From Candidatus Heimdallarchaeota archaeon (GTDB lineage: Archaea > Asgardarchaeota > Wukongarchaeia > Wukongarchaeales > JBHIFL01), in the NCBI GenBank assembly GCA_046761065.1, contig JBHIFL010000012.1, positions 1-64,000 of the forward strand: 64,000 bases of DNA. The letters run 5' to 3'. Positions 1 through 11,700 of the stretch are shown piece by piece. Made by a program: the position numbers and the translations under genes. The first letter of the stretch is position 1. Every line of letters begins with the position of its first letter. Under the pieces are notes generated by a model. The model had not been told where the DNA came from. It searched no databases and saw only the letters and a list, made by a program, of their open reading frames with translations.

Positions 1-239
1 AACCACATTCTGCGCTGCAAAACAAAACTGCAATAGGAATAGAAACAAATGTTAAAAGGTGTTATGATAGACAGGAACACCACTTCACCTATAGTCCAAA
101 GACTGGGGAATTCTGCAACATTAGAAGTGTTTCCATGAACTAAATATGATCTTTAAGAAAATTAAATTTGGATCGCAGTAGGATTTGGGTGAGGACATAA
201 ACTTGAGCCAGATACACGCTGTTATCTGAAGTTCGACAT

Positions 240-894
240 TCATATTTCGACGAAATAAATCAATACACCTAAGATAATTAATACTACCCCAGTGACGAGC
301 TTTTCATGGCGCTCTAAGAAATGCCATTCTATTTTCTTTACTCCTTTTAGACCCAGAATGACCATTACGATCATACCGACAATAGTCACAAGCAGATAAA
401 TGGCTGAAACCACAACAATAGCAATCCATCCAGTCATCCCCGCTACGAAATAATAGGACCCGATTGCAACGCATGGAGAAAAGAACAGGGCAGTAGCTAA
501 AGAACATATGAATGGCATATTTCGTCTTTTTTGAAAGGGTATCAGTTTTTATACAACTCTGATGACTATGATCATGGTGACCTTTCAAGTCCAAAGAAAC
601 ATAGACAAACCCTAAGACAATCAGGATTAAAGGAACTGCGACTCTCATTATAACTTCACTAGTGGAAGAAATCTTGTAGCCTATGATCCCGATGATCGTT
701 CCAAGCAAAATAGTGCTGATAATATGCGGAATGGCAATGAGAGCGGTGATCCATGATGTCTCTGATTGTGACCATTTTGCAGTTCTACTAATCATAACCA
801 ACGGAATCCAATGATCTGGCATGACCGCATGAACTATGCTTAGAATCAACGCCCCAAAAGCAATATATATTGTATCCATATCGCAGCCTCTCAT
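240..894 (-). pseudogene. Ni/Co transporter-like (NicO/RcnA-type) membrane protein, frameshifted
   Basis: HAxxPDHW motif and His-rich loop in ORF 304-894. The hydrophobic C-terminal half (SPC...HEKLVTGVVLIILG) continues in another frame (240-518). Confidence 0.65.
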
Positions 895-1336
895 TTTTAC
901 AAAATTTCAGATGACACCTTATGAGCGCCTCAAATTCTTTCATGTCTGTCATCTTTATTGCGTTATTAACGGATTGATGGAGGTTATATCGAAGTTCGGG
1001 GTTGGTTAGGTGTATGAAGTCTTATATAATCAGGGAGATTGCCTTTTTTTCGTTAATATTTAGGGATATCTAGCCTCCAAGCATAAATGTTATATCACCC
1101 TCTTTCAAATCTTATTTTCCAAGTATGTTTTACATATGTCAATCAATCAGATCTTCGAGAAGTGGACCGATCCCTATTTTGTGAAAGCTTCTTTTAAGCA
1201 TATAATGGAACCATATCTCAAAGTTATTTAATTTCCTTTGATACTTCACGCTTTCTGCTTAGTCACTGATGTGCAGTGAGTTTAGTAATCACCAAATGAG
1301 CAATAGATAACAAGAATTATTTTTTCAGAGGAGTTA

Positions 1337-2691
1337 TCACAAAATCTTGAAAATAACATCAGTTAATCGTTCAAAAGGTTTGCCTATTAACTGATAGCCA
1401 CAAGTCCTCAAATATTTCCTTAAATTGAATTGCACCATCGCCTTTAGTATAGCAAATTTAAGCTTAGCTTCCGAAAAAGATGAGTTGAACAGCAATTTAT
1501 GTTTTATAAGGCGCGGATTTTTTGGTTCTTCCCAATTCTCGATTATTATTTTGTCTTTTACTCTTTCATAAAGAGGTGTTCCTGGAATGGGGTAGGGTAG
1601 GGTAAAAGATAGATAGTCCAAGGGAAGTGAAGACGCGAGCTTTACCGTGTCAAGTATGGTTTCGTCATTTTCACCGGGATACCCTACGATGAAAAATGCG
1701 CCGACTTGAATTCCAGCTTGCTTAGTTATAGACACTGTTTTTCTAGCTTATTTGATGGTTATTTGTTTATTCATAAGAGCTAAAATGGAGTTATTTCCAG
1801 ACTCGATGCCGTAAAATACGCGTACACATCCAGCTTTCTTCATTTTGTTAGCTAATTCTTTGTCTATTGTATCCACTCTAGAAAGGCACTCCCAATCGAT
1901 TTTTACGCCTCTTCGAATGATCTCGTTGCATATGCCTATGATTCTTTCCCGGTTAATAGTAAAGCAGTCATCGACAAACCATATTCTATCATATCTAAGC
2001 GCAAGTACCATTTCCATTTCATCAACGATGTTCGCCGCTGATCTAATTCTAAAATGGTTGCCAAAAACTGGGCGACTGCAGAAATCACAATTGAAAGGAC
2101 AGCCTCTAGACGTTAACATAGAGGTAATCGTATAACCAAATTTTTTTGCGTACTGATCCTTGTAAGCTAGGTTATCTAACAACCCTCTGGCCGGAAACGG
2201 TATGTTGTCCAAGTTCTGAATGAATTCTCTTGGGGGAGTACGTTTAATCTTACCCTTTTCCTTGTATATGATTCCCTTCACTCTTGATAAATTAGAGTTG
2301 TTCTCCACACTTTGGACTAGATCAAGCATGGTTTCCTCGCCTTCTCCGATGACTACAACATCAAAGTTTTGAAGGAAATCCTTCGGACTCGATGTAGGTA
2401 GTGGTCCACCAGTAACAAGCAATTCACAGTCTTCTCTAAGGATTTTAGCCAATTGTATGGTACTCTCTTTCATCGAGAACATGGAGTAGATGCCAATTAC
2501 TTTAGAATTTGAACGCCAAATTTTTTCTAATGCCTTTTTTTGCGTGAGAAATGTGCAGTCAACTAAGTCGACTGAAATATTGTGTTGTTTTAATACGCAG
2601 CTATGTAACCTAATCCGAGGGGGGGAAACCGGAAAATCGGTTTGTCACGCGGAGGGCGAAAATACGGATAAACCAAAGTGACGGTTGTCAT
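1337..2691 (-). pseudogene. B12-binding radical SAM protein, disrupted
   Basis: CPFNCDFC motif in 1748-2482. The N-terminus MTTVTLVYP...PPLGLGYIAAY starts at ATG 2691 and frameshifts near 2590. An in-frame TAA at 1748-1750 separates the C-terminal part (1337-1735). Confidence 0.8.
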
Positions 2692-3299
2692 CTCAGCGAA
2701 TTTACCCCCAAAATTTCAATTTCATATTCAAATACAGAGTGTTTCGGATTAACTTCGTAGTCTAATCCCACCCAGTCTAACCAGCCGTCTAAAGCCTCTC
2801 GACCTCTACGCAAAAGACTGTTCTTCATCCTCCTTAAACGGAAGCCGACTCTGCCGTTAAGATCTGTTATGCTCGCCCACTTGGCTTCAATCCGATCCCA
2901 CGCACCAATCTCTTTTTCAACCAATTCCGTGCCATTTGAATCCAAGTATCTTCGGAAGAACGTCGATCCCTGCTCATTTAAAACAAAAATCTTTTGGAGA
3001 TTTTCTCTCTTTAAACAGTTAAAATCGACTTTCACTAAGATGTGATCTCCCCTTATGCTATAAGTTACAATTACCTTCCCTATAGGTGTAGTTGTTATAA
3101 ATCTGGTGTGAACTCCCATTTTCATAGTTAGTTCTTTGATTATGAGAAATCGGAAGTGCCTATGCTTCTGATAGAGTTCCGCTATGTATCTAAATACGGT
3201 TCGAATTTTTCGGTTTTTTTGGGGCATAAAACAACATTTTGGGCATAAATTAGCATCACTATCGCTTGGAAAATATTGGAGATGATGATAAATCCACAA
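2688..3299 (-). CDS. hypothetical protein, probably a 5'-truncated remnant
   Basis: Protein-like ORF whose stop overlaps the ATG of the radical SAM pseudogene; the 5' part looks broken. Confidence 0.4.
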   Translation of the reverse strand: MWIYHHLQYFPSDSDANLCPKCCFMPQKNRKIRTVFRYIAELYQKHRHFRFLIIKELTMKMGVHTRFITTTPIGKVIVTYSIRGDHILVKVDFNCLKRENLQKIFVLNEQGSTFFRRYLDSNGTELVEKEIGAWDRIEAKWASITDLNGRVGFRLRRMKNSLLRRGREALDGWLDWVGLDYEVNPKHSVFEYEIEILGVNSLR

Positions 3300-3455
3300 A
3301 AGCCTTAGGTACTCCAGGATTTTGGGCAGTTAAGATCATTATTTCCATAGCTACGAAAATACTACTCCTCATCATTTCGGTGGGAATAAATCGGGGAGTC
3401 CATATAATCATTTTTCCGAAAATTTCTGCCCATTGTAATTGGTTCCTTTTCCATC

Positions 3456-3812
3456 TTAGAACGAAAGGACATGATGACTTTCCATGACCCACTTAGCAAG
3501 TTCCCTCATGGTTCCTATCTCTACGCTTTCCACAAGATCCTCCTAGCCCAACCCTCTCGCTTTTAGACATGCGCCGCAAGCCCGGACGTTTCCGTCTTTC
3601 CTAATGAGGTCAGTCAACATCTTTTCCAAGTTATAGTAGCCTTCAGGTGGTTCTTGTCCTTTTTTTGCAATAAACACCACGTCTCCAAGGAGGAAAACAT
3701 TGATTTTCGATTTAATTACCGCAGATGTTAAAGTTAAAGCTAATCTTAGAGCGTTCCAAGGCCGTTCTATCCCATACGGTGCGTCATTGATGATAATTGT
3801 AATGGTTTCCAA
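3456..3812 (-). pseudogene. DsrE/YchN-family sulfur relay protein with in-frame TAG
   Basis: APYG...FLLGDVV...CGACLKARG motif. The frame continues past TAG (3543-3545) as EDLVESVEIGTMRELAKWVMESHHVLSF to TAA at 3456. Confidence 0.75.
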
Positions 3813-4746
3813 TCATAACATCGTTCTTAATTTGTAGATATCGTCCTCGTCTTTTGTGAAAATAAAGATTACCTATCCTTATCTAGTTCATTGCATCACC
3901 TCATCTACAAGCTCTTTACTTTTGCTTTGTTTCCTAAGAAGCTGAATTCCCTCTGGAGTTAACTAATAATACTACAGTCTTTGCCTTCAAGGATCTTCCC
4001 ATCAGGATCTCCTAAAGAAAATAAAACGAGTACTAAAAGAGGAAGGTCCCTTCTACATTATCACCTACGAATGGGAAGATGGTTTAGTTTGGAGTGTCAT
4101 AATCTCTCTTTATTTGCTTATTCTTCGAACCGAGACATATGCCAGCGTTTCTGAATTACAAAAGGACCTAAATATAACAACAAGGTGGATTTCAATTCAC
4201 TGAGATAGATGGCACCTTTTACCAAACTGAGTTATGCAAGGAAATATCAACGATTAACTGAATTGATGATTAACATCAAGCCTACGGGCATTCTTTCACG
4301 AGAATTAGCGTGGATGGAGCCAGTACTTCGAGTTCCATTTCCTGGATAGTATTTGAGGGTCTCTTCATTCAGTTTCGTGCTCAACGGACCACGATGTGAT
4401 CAGTCTCTTGCTGCTTTGTGGGATGGATGAACCCGCTGAAGTCTTACCGGATACAAGTATCTCAATCCGGAAGGCAAATCCTTATCCCAATTTCCTGTAT
4501 ATTTCCCCGAAACTCTCTATAAAAGATTAAATGAACCCTGAAGTGGATGATAATCACGATTTCATCTCGAAACGGTGTAAGATGGGAGTTACTGCTCTTT
4601 TGGTTTAAAAGTCCACTATTCCCTTATTCCCTTATTGTCTGTTAGTTTTTGTGCTCAAACATTATTCTTTTATATTATAAGTAAATTATCACTATGTGTA
4701 TCATATCATAAGATCAAACACATCAAATAAAAATGGAGATTGCAAA

Positions 4747-5589
4747 ATGGTGTTAGCAAGTTTTGTGATTGCTCTTCGCGAAGGGATTGAAGCCGCCTTG
4801 ATTATAGGCATCATCTTAGCCTATCTCAAAAAGATTCAGCAAACCCGACATAATAAACATGTTTACCTCGGACTAGGTTTAGCGATTATCGCAAGTATCG
4901 TAGTGGCCCTTGGCTTTGAACTGCTGGCAGGTGGGTTTACGGGTACTAACGAAGAGGTATTTGAAGGCCTTGCCTCCCTTACCGCAGTGGTCGTCCTAAC
5001 GTACATGATTTTTTGGATGGATCGAAACAGTCGCCGTCTAAAGGGGGAGTTGCAGGAAAAAATCGATCTGGCTATCACCCAAAGACAATTGTACGGTCTA
5101 GTGAGTCTAGCGTTCTTTGCCGTCTTTCGGGAAGGCCTCGAGACTGTCCTCTTTCTGGCTGGAGTCCGCTTTGCAGCAGAATCCACACAAGAGACCATCA
5201 TTGGAGGAGCTGGAGGGTTGCTAGTAGCCGCCATCCTTGGCTACATTGTCATCCAGGGAAGTATTGAGCTAAACCTTCGAAAGTTTTTCCGGATCACAGG
5301 CGTTGTTTTGCTGATTTTTGCCGCAGGACTCTTCGCCTTTGGGGTCCACGAGCTGATCGAGGCAGGGTGGCTCCCTCCAGGACTGGGAGGAGAACGCGTA
5401 TACGATATCAGCCATCTACTCAGTGATAAAAGCACAGTAGGCAGTTTTCTCCGCGCATTGGTCGGGTATAACGATAATCCCTTTTTCTGGGAAGCGATCG
5501 CCTATGTCTTCTTTTGGATCGCCATCGGGATGGTGTTAATCTGGTTAAATCGGAGAGCACCCCCATCCAAAATGCCACTGACTGCTTAG
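4747..5589 (+). CDS. FTR1/EfeU-family iron permease
   Basis: Two RExxE motifs (LREGIEA, FREGLET) and about 7 TM segments; likely start MVLASF at 4747. Confidence 0.9.
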   Translation: MVLASFVIALREGIEAALIIGIILAYLKKIQQTRHNKHVYLGLGLAIIASIVVALGFELLAGGFTGTNEEVFEGLASLTAVVVLTYMIFWMDRNSRRLKGELQEKIDLAITQRQLYGLVSLAFFAVFREGLETVLFLAGVRFAAESTQETIIGGAGGLLVAAILGYIVIQGSIELNLRKFFRITGVVLLIFAAGLFAFGVHELIEAGWLPPGLGGERVYDISHLLSDKSTVGSFLRALVGYNDNPFFWEAIAYVFFWIAIGMVLIWLNRRAPPSKMPLTA

Positions 5590-5802
5590 GCTCAAAAGGA
5601 CAAGGATAATCCAATCCTAGTCCTGATTTTCTTTCCACTCATTTTCTCTTGTGAGTACTTGCACTATGAAGGTGCAATTTTTTCATTATTTGAATTTGGA
5701 TTGAGTTCTTAATTCATTTTATAAGTAGTATTTGTTTTATTATTTTATCTGGAATTATTCAGGATATCATCATTTACCTTCCCACCCCGGACATGGTTTC
5801 AT

Positions 5803-6480
5803 TCAGTGTTTCACCACCCGGAGCATAACCTGCCACTCCAGATTCTCCTTGTGGGGGTCAATTAGCACATACCGCCCCTTCGTGCCGTGCCGCGGGTCCC
5901 CCAGCGCGGAACTGGCCCCGCACACCTGGGCGTTTGGATCGCAGACTGGAATCCCGAAGTGGCCCGTGATCAGCCAGTCTTCCCACCGGAATCCACGCAG
6001 CAACGGATGGGGCTTCTTGACAAGTTGTCTTTTCAGAAGGACTAAAGCACGAGTATTTCGAATCCCCCCGTTCAATTCGATTGCCTTTTCCAACCCTAAC
6101 CCATTGCCATGAGCGAGATACACATCATTCGCACCACACCAAAGCCGCCCACTGTCTCGCACCGTGAACCCTGCCCTCCATAACCGCCGATCGATGCTGG
6201 CATCATGGTTCCCCCGGAGCAACACGGTCTTCTGCAGTAATCCCATTGCCTCTAACTCGTCTCGCACTTCAAAGAAGCACCGCCACGATTCTTCCTCTCC
6301 CTGTGAGGGGTACCGCAGCTCAATGGTGTCACCTAGCAGGAAGAGGGCCCCGAGCACCTCCCGGATCCGCCAGAGTTCCTCCACGTAGATCGGATAATGG
6401 GATCGGTCGTCTCCGATATGGAGATCAGCCATGGCCGCAATTTTCAACTCCTCCTCAAATCGTATCGGGTCACTGGTCAT
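5803..6480 (-). CDS. calcineurin-like metallophosphoesterase
   Basis: DLH, GD, GNHD, HG and GHFG motifs; ATG 6480 follows a GAGGAGG RBS just after the helicase stop. Confidence 0.85.
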   Translation of the reverse strand: MTSDPIRFEEELKIAAMADLHIGDDRSHYPIYVEELWRIREVLGALFLLGDTIELRYPSQGEEESWRCFFEVRDELEAMGLLQKTVLLRGNHDASIDRRLWRAGFTVRDSGRLWCGANDVYLAHGNGLGLEKAIELNGGIRNTRALVLLKRQLVKKPHPLLRGFRWEDWLITGHFGIPVCDPNAQVCGASSALGDPRHGTKGRYVLIDPHKENLEWQVMLRVVKH

Positions 6481-6484
6481 GTCT

Positions 6485-8773
6485 TCATCCTCCTCGTTGT
6501 CTAAAAAACGCTCGGAGCCGCTCATGGGCTCTTTTGGAATAACTGACGGGGAAGGTGTTCACGTCGACGCATCCTTCGCAATATCTCCGACAGGGACAGC
6601 CCCTCACCCGCTCCCGGACCACCGCTAAGATCTCTTCCGCATGGTCAAAAAGCTGCTTGGCACCCCCCATGGGCGCCCCACGATCTAACATCGCCAATTG
6701 CCACCTGTTCCCCTTGCCGCGTAGCAGCTCCACTTCCAGTCCGGACGGATCAAGACCCAACCGGTCTTGCGCCGCCTTCATGACCACCGCTCCCAGATGG
6801 GTGAACTCGTCTCTGCCAAACCACGCTCCCTTGAACCCCATGACAAGTCCTTCCGTCCAATATCGCAAGACGCCCTCCCCTGCCGGGATCCGCTGCTGCA
6901 CCACTACCCGACCACTCCCCAGTTCCCGGATCCGTCGCCAGGTCGGCTGCAAGGTGACCTCGACTTCGCCGAACCACGCGACCACCCGGTCCCCAACCCC
7001 TCGTGCGGTCCCACGCCCTGTCCTTACCTCTCTATCCACATAATTCTCACTGTACCATGCCTTCTCTGCAGGTTCCACTACAATCGTATCCTCTTGAATC
7101 TCTACCACCCGCCAAACCTCCCCTCTTAGGACCAAATAATCGCCTTTCCGCCCCTGCCGAGCCGCTTTCCACATATCGAGGTAACCTATCACCTGATTAG
7201 CCCGCGTGACCACCGCCAGCTCCACTTGAGCCGTACGAAACCGCTGAGCGAAGTACTCAGGGGCACTCCGATCTAGATGGATCTGGAACTGGTGCCGCCT
7301 TTTCCGGACCTTCCCCTCCACCAGCAGCTCCGTCAGAACCTCCTCCACCTTGGCTTCCAGATACTCCGCAGCGGTGTGCGGGAACACCCACCTCAGGTCT
7401 CGCTCGGTGAGCCCGAGGGCTCCACACAACAACAGGGCCATCTTCAAAATCTTCTCGCTGAAAAACTCATACCGAACTGGGTCGGGCTGGAGGGTCCGGA
7501 CCAGGGCTTGTAACTGGCGGGGATTGGCTAGGTAGTAGGTGTCTGGCTGCCGCCGCGGCGCTAAGAACCAGAAGACGTGCCCCTCCCGTTCGGGGTCCCG
7601 CGCCACTCGCATGACCACTTGGTGCACTCCCCGTTTCCCCCCACTTGGATACCCGATGATCACCACCAGATCCAGTTCCCCGAAGTTGACTCCCGCCTCC
7701 ACCGCCCGGGTCACCAACAGCCCCCGCAACTCTCCCCTCCGGAACTGTTTGACCGTTTCCCGGGTCTCCGCCCGTGTCAGCCCGCCATGCACGAGGCCAA
7801 AGTTCCGCCGCGTCAGCTCCTCTACGATCGCCACCCGCTCCAAGAGGAACTTGTTGTCCGCATAGATCACCACACGCGCCGTGGGGTAGATCTCCTCATC
7901 TAAGAGTTTGCGCAGAAACCGGTCAAATGTCGTCACCTCCCCTCCCTCCTTGGCCCTGAGTCCCGTCCCCTGACTGTAGACGAAGACTTGGATCCTTCCA
8001 TGCTTTGCTGGACCAGTAACTACCCGCGCCTCGACCAGTGCTTCCCGCGCGAGTTCCTCCGCGTTGGGGATCGTTGCACTGTTGAACACAAATCGTACCT
8101 CCCGCCCTCGCTCCCGGTTGTACCGCTTGAGGATCCGGTATACCGCCAAGAGATACGCTAGGCTGTATGCTGAGTAGTAGTCGAGCTCATCGCAGATCAC
8201 CATCCATGGCGAGACCATCGCCTCCCCCCAACCCGTCTCGCCTCGTAAAAGCGCCCAAAACAGCGTATCCTTGTACATGTCCACTGTCATGGGGATGATG
8301 TCCACGTTCCCCTTCGCCACCTGCTCCCGCACCCGCCGCCGCTCCTCCCGACTCATGTCACTGGTATACCGTGCTATCCCGATCTGACCCCCTGTCAATT
8401 CGATATTGTGCTCCCGTAATCGTTCCTCTTGATCGAACAACAGCGCATTATTCGGAAATAAGTAGATCACCGGCCGCCGCACCTCCCCCTCCTCCCCTTC
8501 TTCGCCCTGTTTTTGCCTTAGGACTCGTTCAAACGCCAAGAAAACGGTCGCCTCCGTTTTCCCAGCTCCGGTCCCCGCGACATGTAAGATATCATACCGC
8601 TTCACCTTTTCGACAAAGACTGCTTGATTCTCTAGCACCCTCCATCCATATTTCTCCAGAATCTTCGGCCCTAAGTATTGGAGCACTGCTCCCCACGCCA
8701 CCTCAGTCAACTCACCCACTGTTCGCTCATGAACTGCGTACGCCAGGGGCTTATCCAGCACCAGGCCTTTCAC
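6485..8773 (-). CDS. SF2 helicase with C-terminal DUF1998-like Cys4 domain (Hrq1/MrfA/SftH-like)
   Basis: Q motif, AGTGAGKT, DELD, SAT, TRAVEAGVN, degenerate motif VI QVVMRVAR and C-terminal CPCRRYCEGC. The GTG start overlaps the upstream TGA. Confidence 0.85.
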   Translation of the reverse strand: MKGLVLDKPLAYAVHERTVGELTEVAWGAVLQYLGPKILEKYGWRVLENQAVFVEKVKRYDILHVAGTGAGKTEATVFLAFERVLRQKQGEEGEEGEVRRPVIYLFPNNALLFDQEERLREHNIELTGGQIGIARYTSDMSREERRRVREQVAKGNVDIIPMTVDMYKDTLFWALLRGETGWGEAMVSPWMVICDELDYYSAYSLAYLLAVYRILKRYNRERGREVRFVFNSATIPNAEELAREALVEARVVTGPAKHGRIQVFVYSQGTGLRAKEGGEVTTFDRFLRKLLDEEIYPTARVVIYADNKFLLERVAIVEELTRRNFGLVHGGLTRAETRETVKQFRRGELRGLLVTRAVEAGVNFGELDLVVIIGYPSGGKRGVHQVVMRVARDPEREGHVFWFLAPRRQPDTYYLANPRQLQALVRTLQPDPVRYEFFSEKILKMALLLCGALGLTERDLRWVFPHTAAEYLEAKVEEVLTELLVEGKVRKRRHQFQIHLDRSAPEYFAQRFRTAQVELAVVTRANQVIGYLDMWKAARQGRKGDYLVLRGEVWRVVEIQEDTIVVEPAEKAWYSENYVDREVRTGRGTARGVGDRVVAWFGEVEVTLQPTWRRIRELGSGRVVVQQRIPAGEGVLRYWTEGLVMGFKGAWFGRDEFTHLGAVVMKAAQDRLGLDPSGLEVELLRGKGNRWQLAMLDRGAPMGGAKQLFDHAEEILAVVRERVRGCPCRRYCEGCVDVNTFPVSYSKRAHERLRAFFRQRGG

Positions 8774-11700
8774 TTACTCTCCCTCCTCAACATCGCCTCG
8801 ACGCCTCCTAACACACTTCCCAGCTCTCCTACTATCCCTTTCGGCACACCCGCCACCTCCTTCGCATACTCGACTAAGATTCGCCGCATCCGCTCTAAAA
8901 CCCCCGCCGCTTCGTGTGCTGATTCCTTCCTCAGGATTACAAAGGGGCTATACTGGTCCGGCTCCTGCTCCGCCATCGCCTCGATCAGTCCTTTAATGCT
9001 TTGCACGTGAGCCGCCTCCAACTCCCACAAACCCCGTCGCTTCTCCCCTTCCCAGACTACTTCCTGCTTCAAGAGATCCTCCACCAGTTGGTAGAGCTTC
9101 ACACTCCCCTGGGGGGTTGGAGCATACCTCGGGAACCCCCTTGTGGACTGATACCGCTCAAAGTCCTCTGGCAGCAACCACCCATCCAAGAACCCCACAC
9201 AAATCTCCTCCCAGAGGGTCGGCAATAGCGGCTCTCGCAAATCCAACGCCGCCGCCAACTCGGGGCGATCCTTGGGCCGGTGACTGAACAGCTCCACACT
9301 TTTATACCCTATCCCTACCTCTCCCCCATGGGCTCTTACCAGATTGGTCAGGACTTTCCCCGCCCGGTTCAACGCCGCGTCCAACATCGTCTTCGCCCCG
9401 GCCGCTCTTGTTGGGGTGGGGTAGATCCGATCCCCTCTTCGCCCAAACGTCCGCCCGATCCCTCCCACCACGATCCCTGTCCCTGGCCACCGCTCGCTCA
9501 ACGCCTCCCGAATCAGCCGATGCACCCCCTCACTCACCCGCCCCTCTAATGCCATGAACGCTAACCGATCAAACCGTCCCCGCTTGAGAAACCGGAGAAT
9601 TTTCACCACCTGCTCTTCGACTCGTTCGGTACGCTCCGCAGCTCTTCCGATTCGCCCGCATAAGACTGCGGTGGCCAACACCTGGTTAATTATCAGACCC
9701 CAGAAATACTTCCGCCGAAATTCTTCATACCACGGCTTCGCCTTTAACAGAGCTCGCCAAAACCCTACCGACGGCTGCTCATACTTCGGTGGCTTGATGT
9801 CCTTATAGGAATGGGGGATCCCTCGCGCCTCCAGCTCGTTTGCCAGTTCCTTCCTCCCATGCACTGTGACATACACATTCTCTATCTCATACGTAGCCGT
9901 GTGCTTCGGATACTTCACAAACAATTCGTTCCCCTCAATCCAGGCATCACATTCGTACGTAATCAACACAAACTCCCGCCCCGTTGTGGGCCACTCCGGC
10001 AGCTCCGGCTCATAGCCACAGTATATCTTGACCAGCCGCTTGATCTCCTCCTCAAAATCCACTTCCATCCGGGCAGTCCCATCGATCCTCCCCTTGAACT
10101 TCGCCCCGCATTCCTCGCACACCACCACGCGGCCCACCTCCGGTCGTTCTCGGAGTATCCCCTCGCAGACCTCCCGCAGACACCTCCACCCGTGCCTGAT
10201 GCCCTCCTCTCCCACCCACACGGCCTCCTGAAACGCCGTTAATGGAATCGTGGCCGCTTCCACCCGGGGGACGAACCACCCACACGCTTCCCGATTCTTC
10301 ACGTACCTCCCTTGCTCTGCTCGCCTTCTCATGAAGCGGTCCGTCGGGACTGCGCTCGGTCGCTCCTCTGCTATCTTATAAAAGGCTGCACAACCCCAGT
10401 CCTGGGCCGCGTAGAGCCCACACTCCCCACACCGCCTCCCCTCTCCCATTCCCCCTACCAGACACCCCGCCTCCGGCCACCCGCCGGGGTCAATCGCCAG
10501 CCCCAGTAACTCCACTTCCTCAACCTCGAGGACACACCCTTCTTCTCCCTCCAAACGGTAGTTACACCCCATACAACACTCGTCCTGACCCGCTCTCTCC
10601 TGTAACCCCCCGCTCTTCACTCGACACACAATCACCAACAGGGGCGCATATGGCCCGACTCGTACCTTCTGGCAGTGGATGGCCCGCAGCACCAGTAACG
10701 CTCCCCGTGGTAGCTCGCCAAATTGCTTGACCAGCGCTCGCACTCGCTTCGGGACAAAATATTTCATGAGGAGATAATGCACGCTCCGCTCAGGGATCCC
10801 CAGCTCCCTCGCTAAGTCCTGATACCACACCCGCCGCTGCGCTTCGACCTGCCCGGGATTCCCCCTCACGGGCGCGGTAATCCGCTTATTCAACCCTTTG
10901 ATAAGCTTATCCACCGCCTTCTGGAATTGAACCCGCCCAGGCAATAACACACCCCGTCTTTTTGGCGGCTCCGGCTCTTCTATTATCCCTCTTTTTGCTG
11001 ACGCTTCTCTACATGCCCGCGTCCCCTTTTTCGGCCGCCCCACCCCCTCCTTCAACACGGGCTTCCGCCTTGCCTTCTGCCCCGCTCGCACCATTTTGCC
11101 CGGGGACCCCACTTTTTTGGGCCGAACCCTGCCTTTTGCATCCCGCAACCGGGCTCCCGCCGCGCGTCCCCCGCTTCCAACAAACCTTCCCACCAGCTCC
11201 GCACGTTCCTTGTCTGTCAGCCGCTTCCCACCATGCTCTTCAAAGACCTGCAGACACGCTTTGGCGGAACTCGGCATCGCCGCTAACCGAGCCCCAAAGG
11301 GTGAACAGGAGAGCTTCCCCGCTTTATACACGCACCCCGTCTCCTTGGATCGGTACTTCTTTCGTCGAATACATCTCGCATCCCGGAGCTCCCGCAACGC
11401 CGCGTTCGCTCCTTTTACAAAATATTTCCAGGGCTCCGTATAGGGCGCCGCCCTGTACTCCCGGATCAATTCGGTGAGGATGGGATAGTTGCTCTCCACT
11501 TGTTCCTGGAGCTCTCGCTTCGTATTATATACCCGAGCCAGCTGCGGGATCAACTGTAGATAATACCCGGGAAACGTTTCCTTCAATCCACGCCGAAACT
11601 CCTTCTTCGTCCGTGCCCGCCGGTAGAACTCTAAGACATAATCGTGGAGCTCCTCAAAATACCACTTCGTGCATGTCGGCAGCCCTAACGCCCCTTGCTT

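Noticed and set aside
3543-3545. Pyrrolysine readthrough of the TAG in dsrE
   Set aside because: Neighbouring genes are broken by TAA and frameshifts, so nonsense decay is simpler. No pyl genes are in the window.
4393-4403. GATGTGATCAG match to the repeat core
   Set aside because: It is only 11 nt with no flanking hairpins, which is expected by chance in 64 kb.
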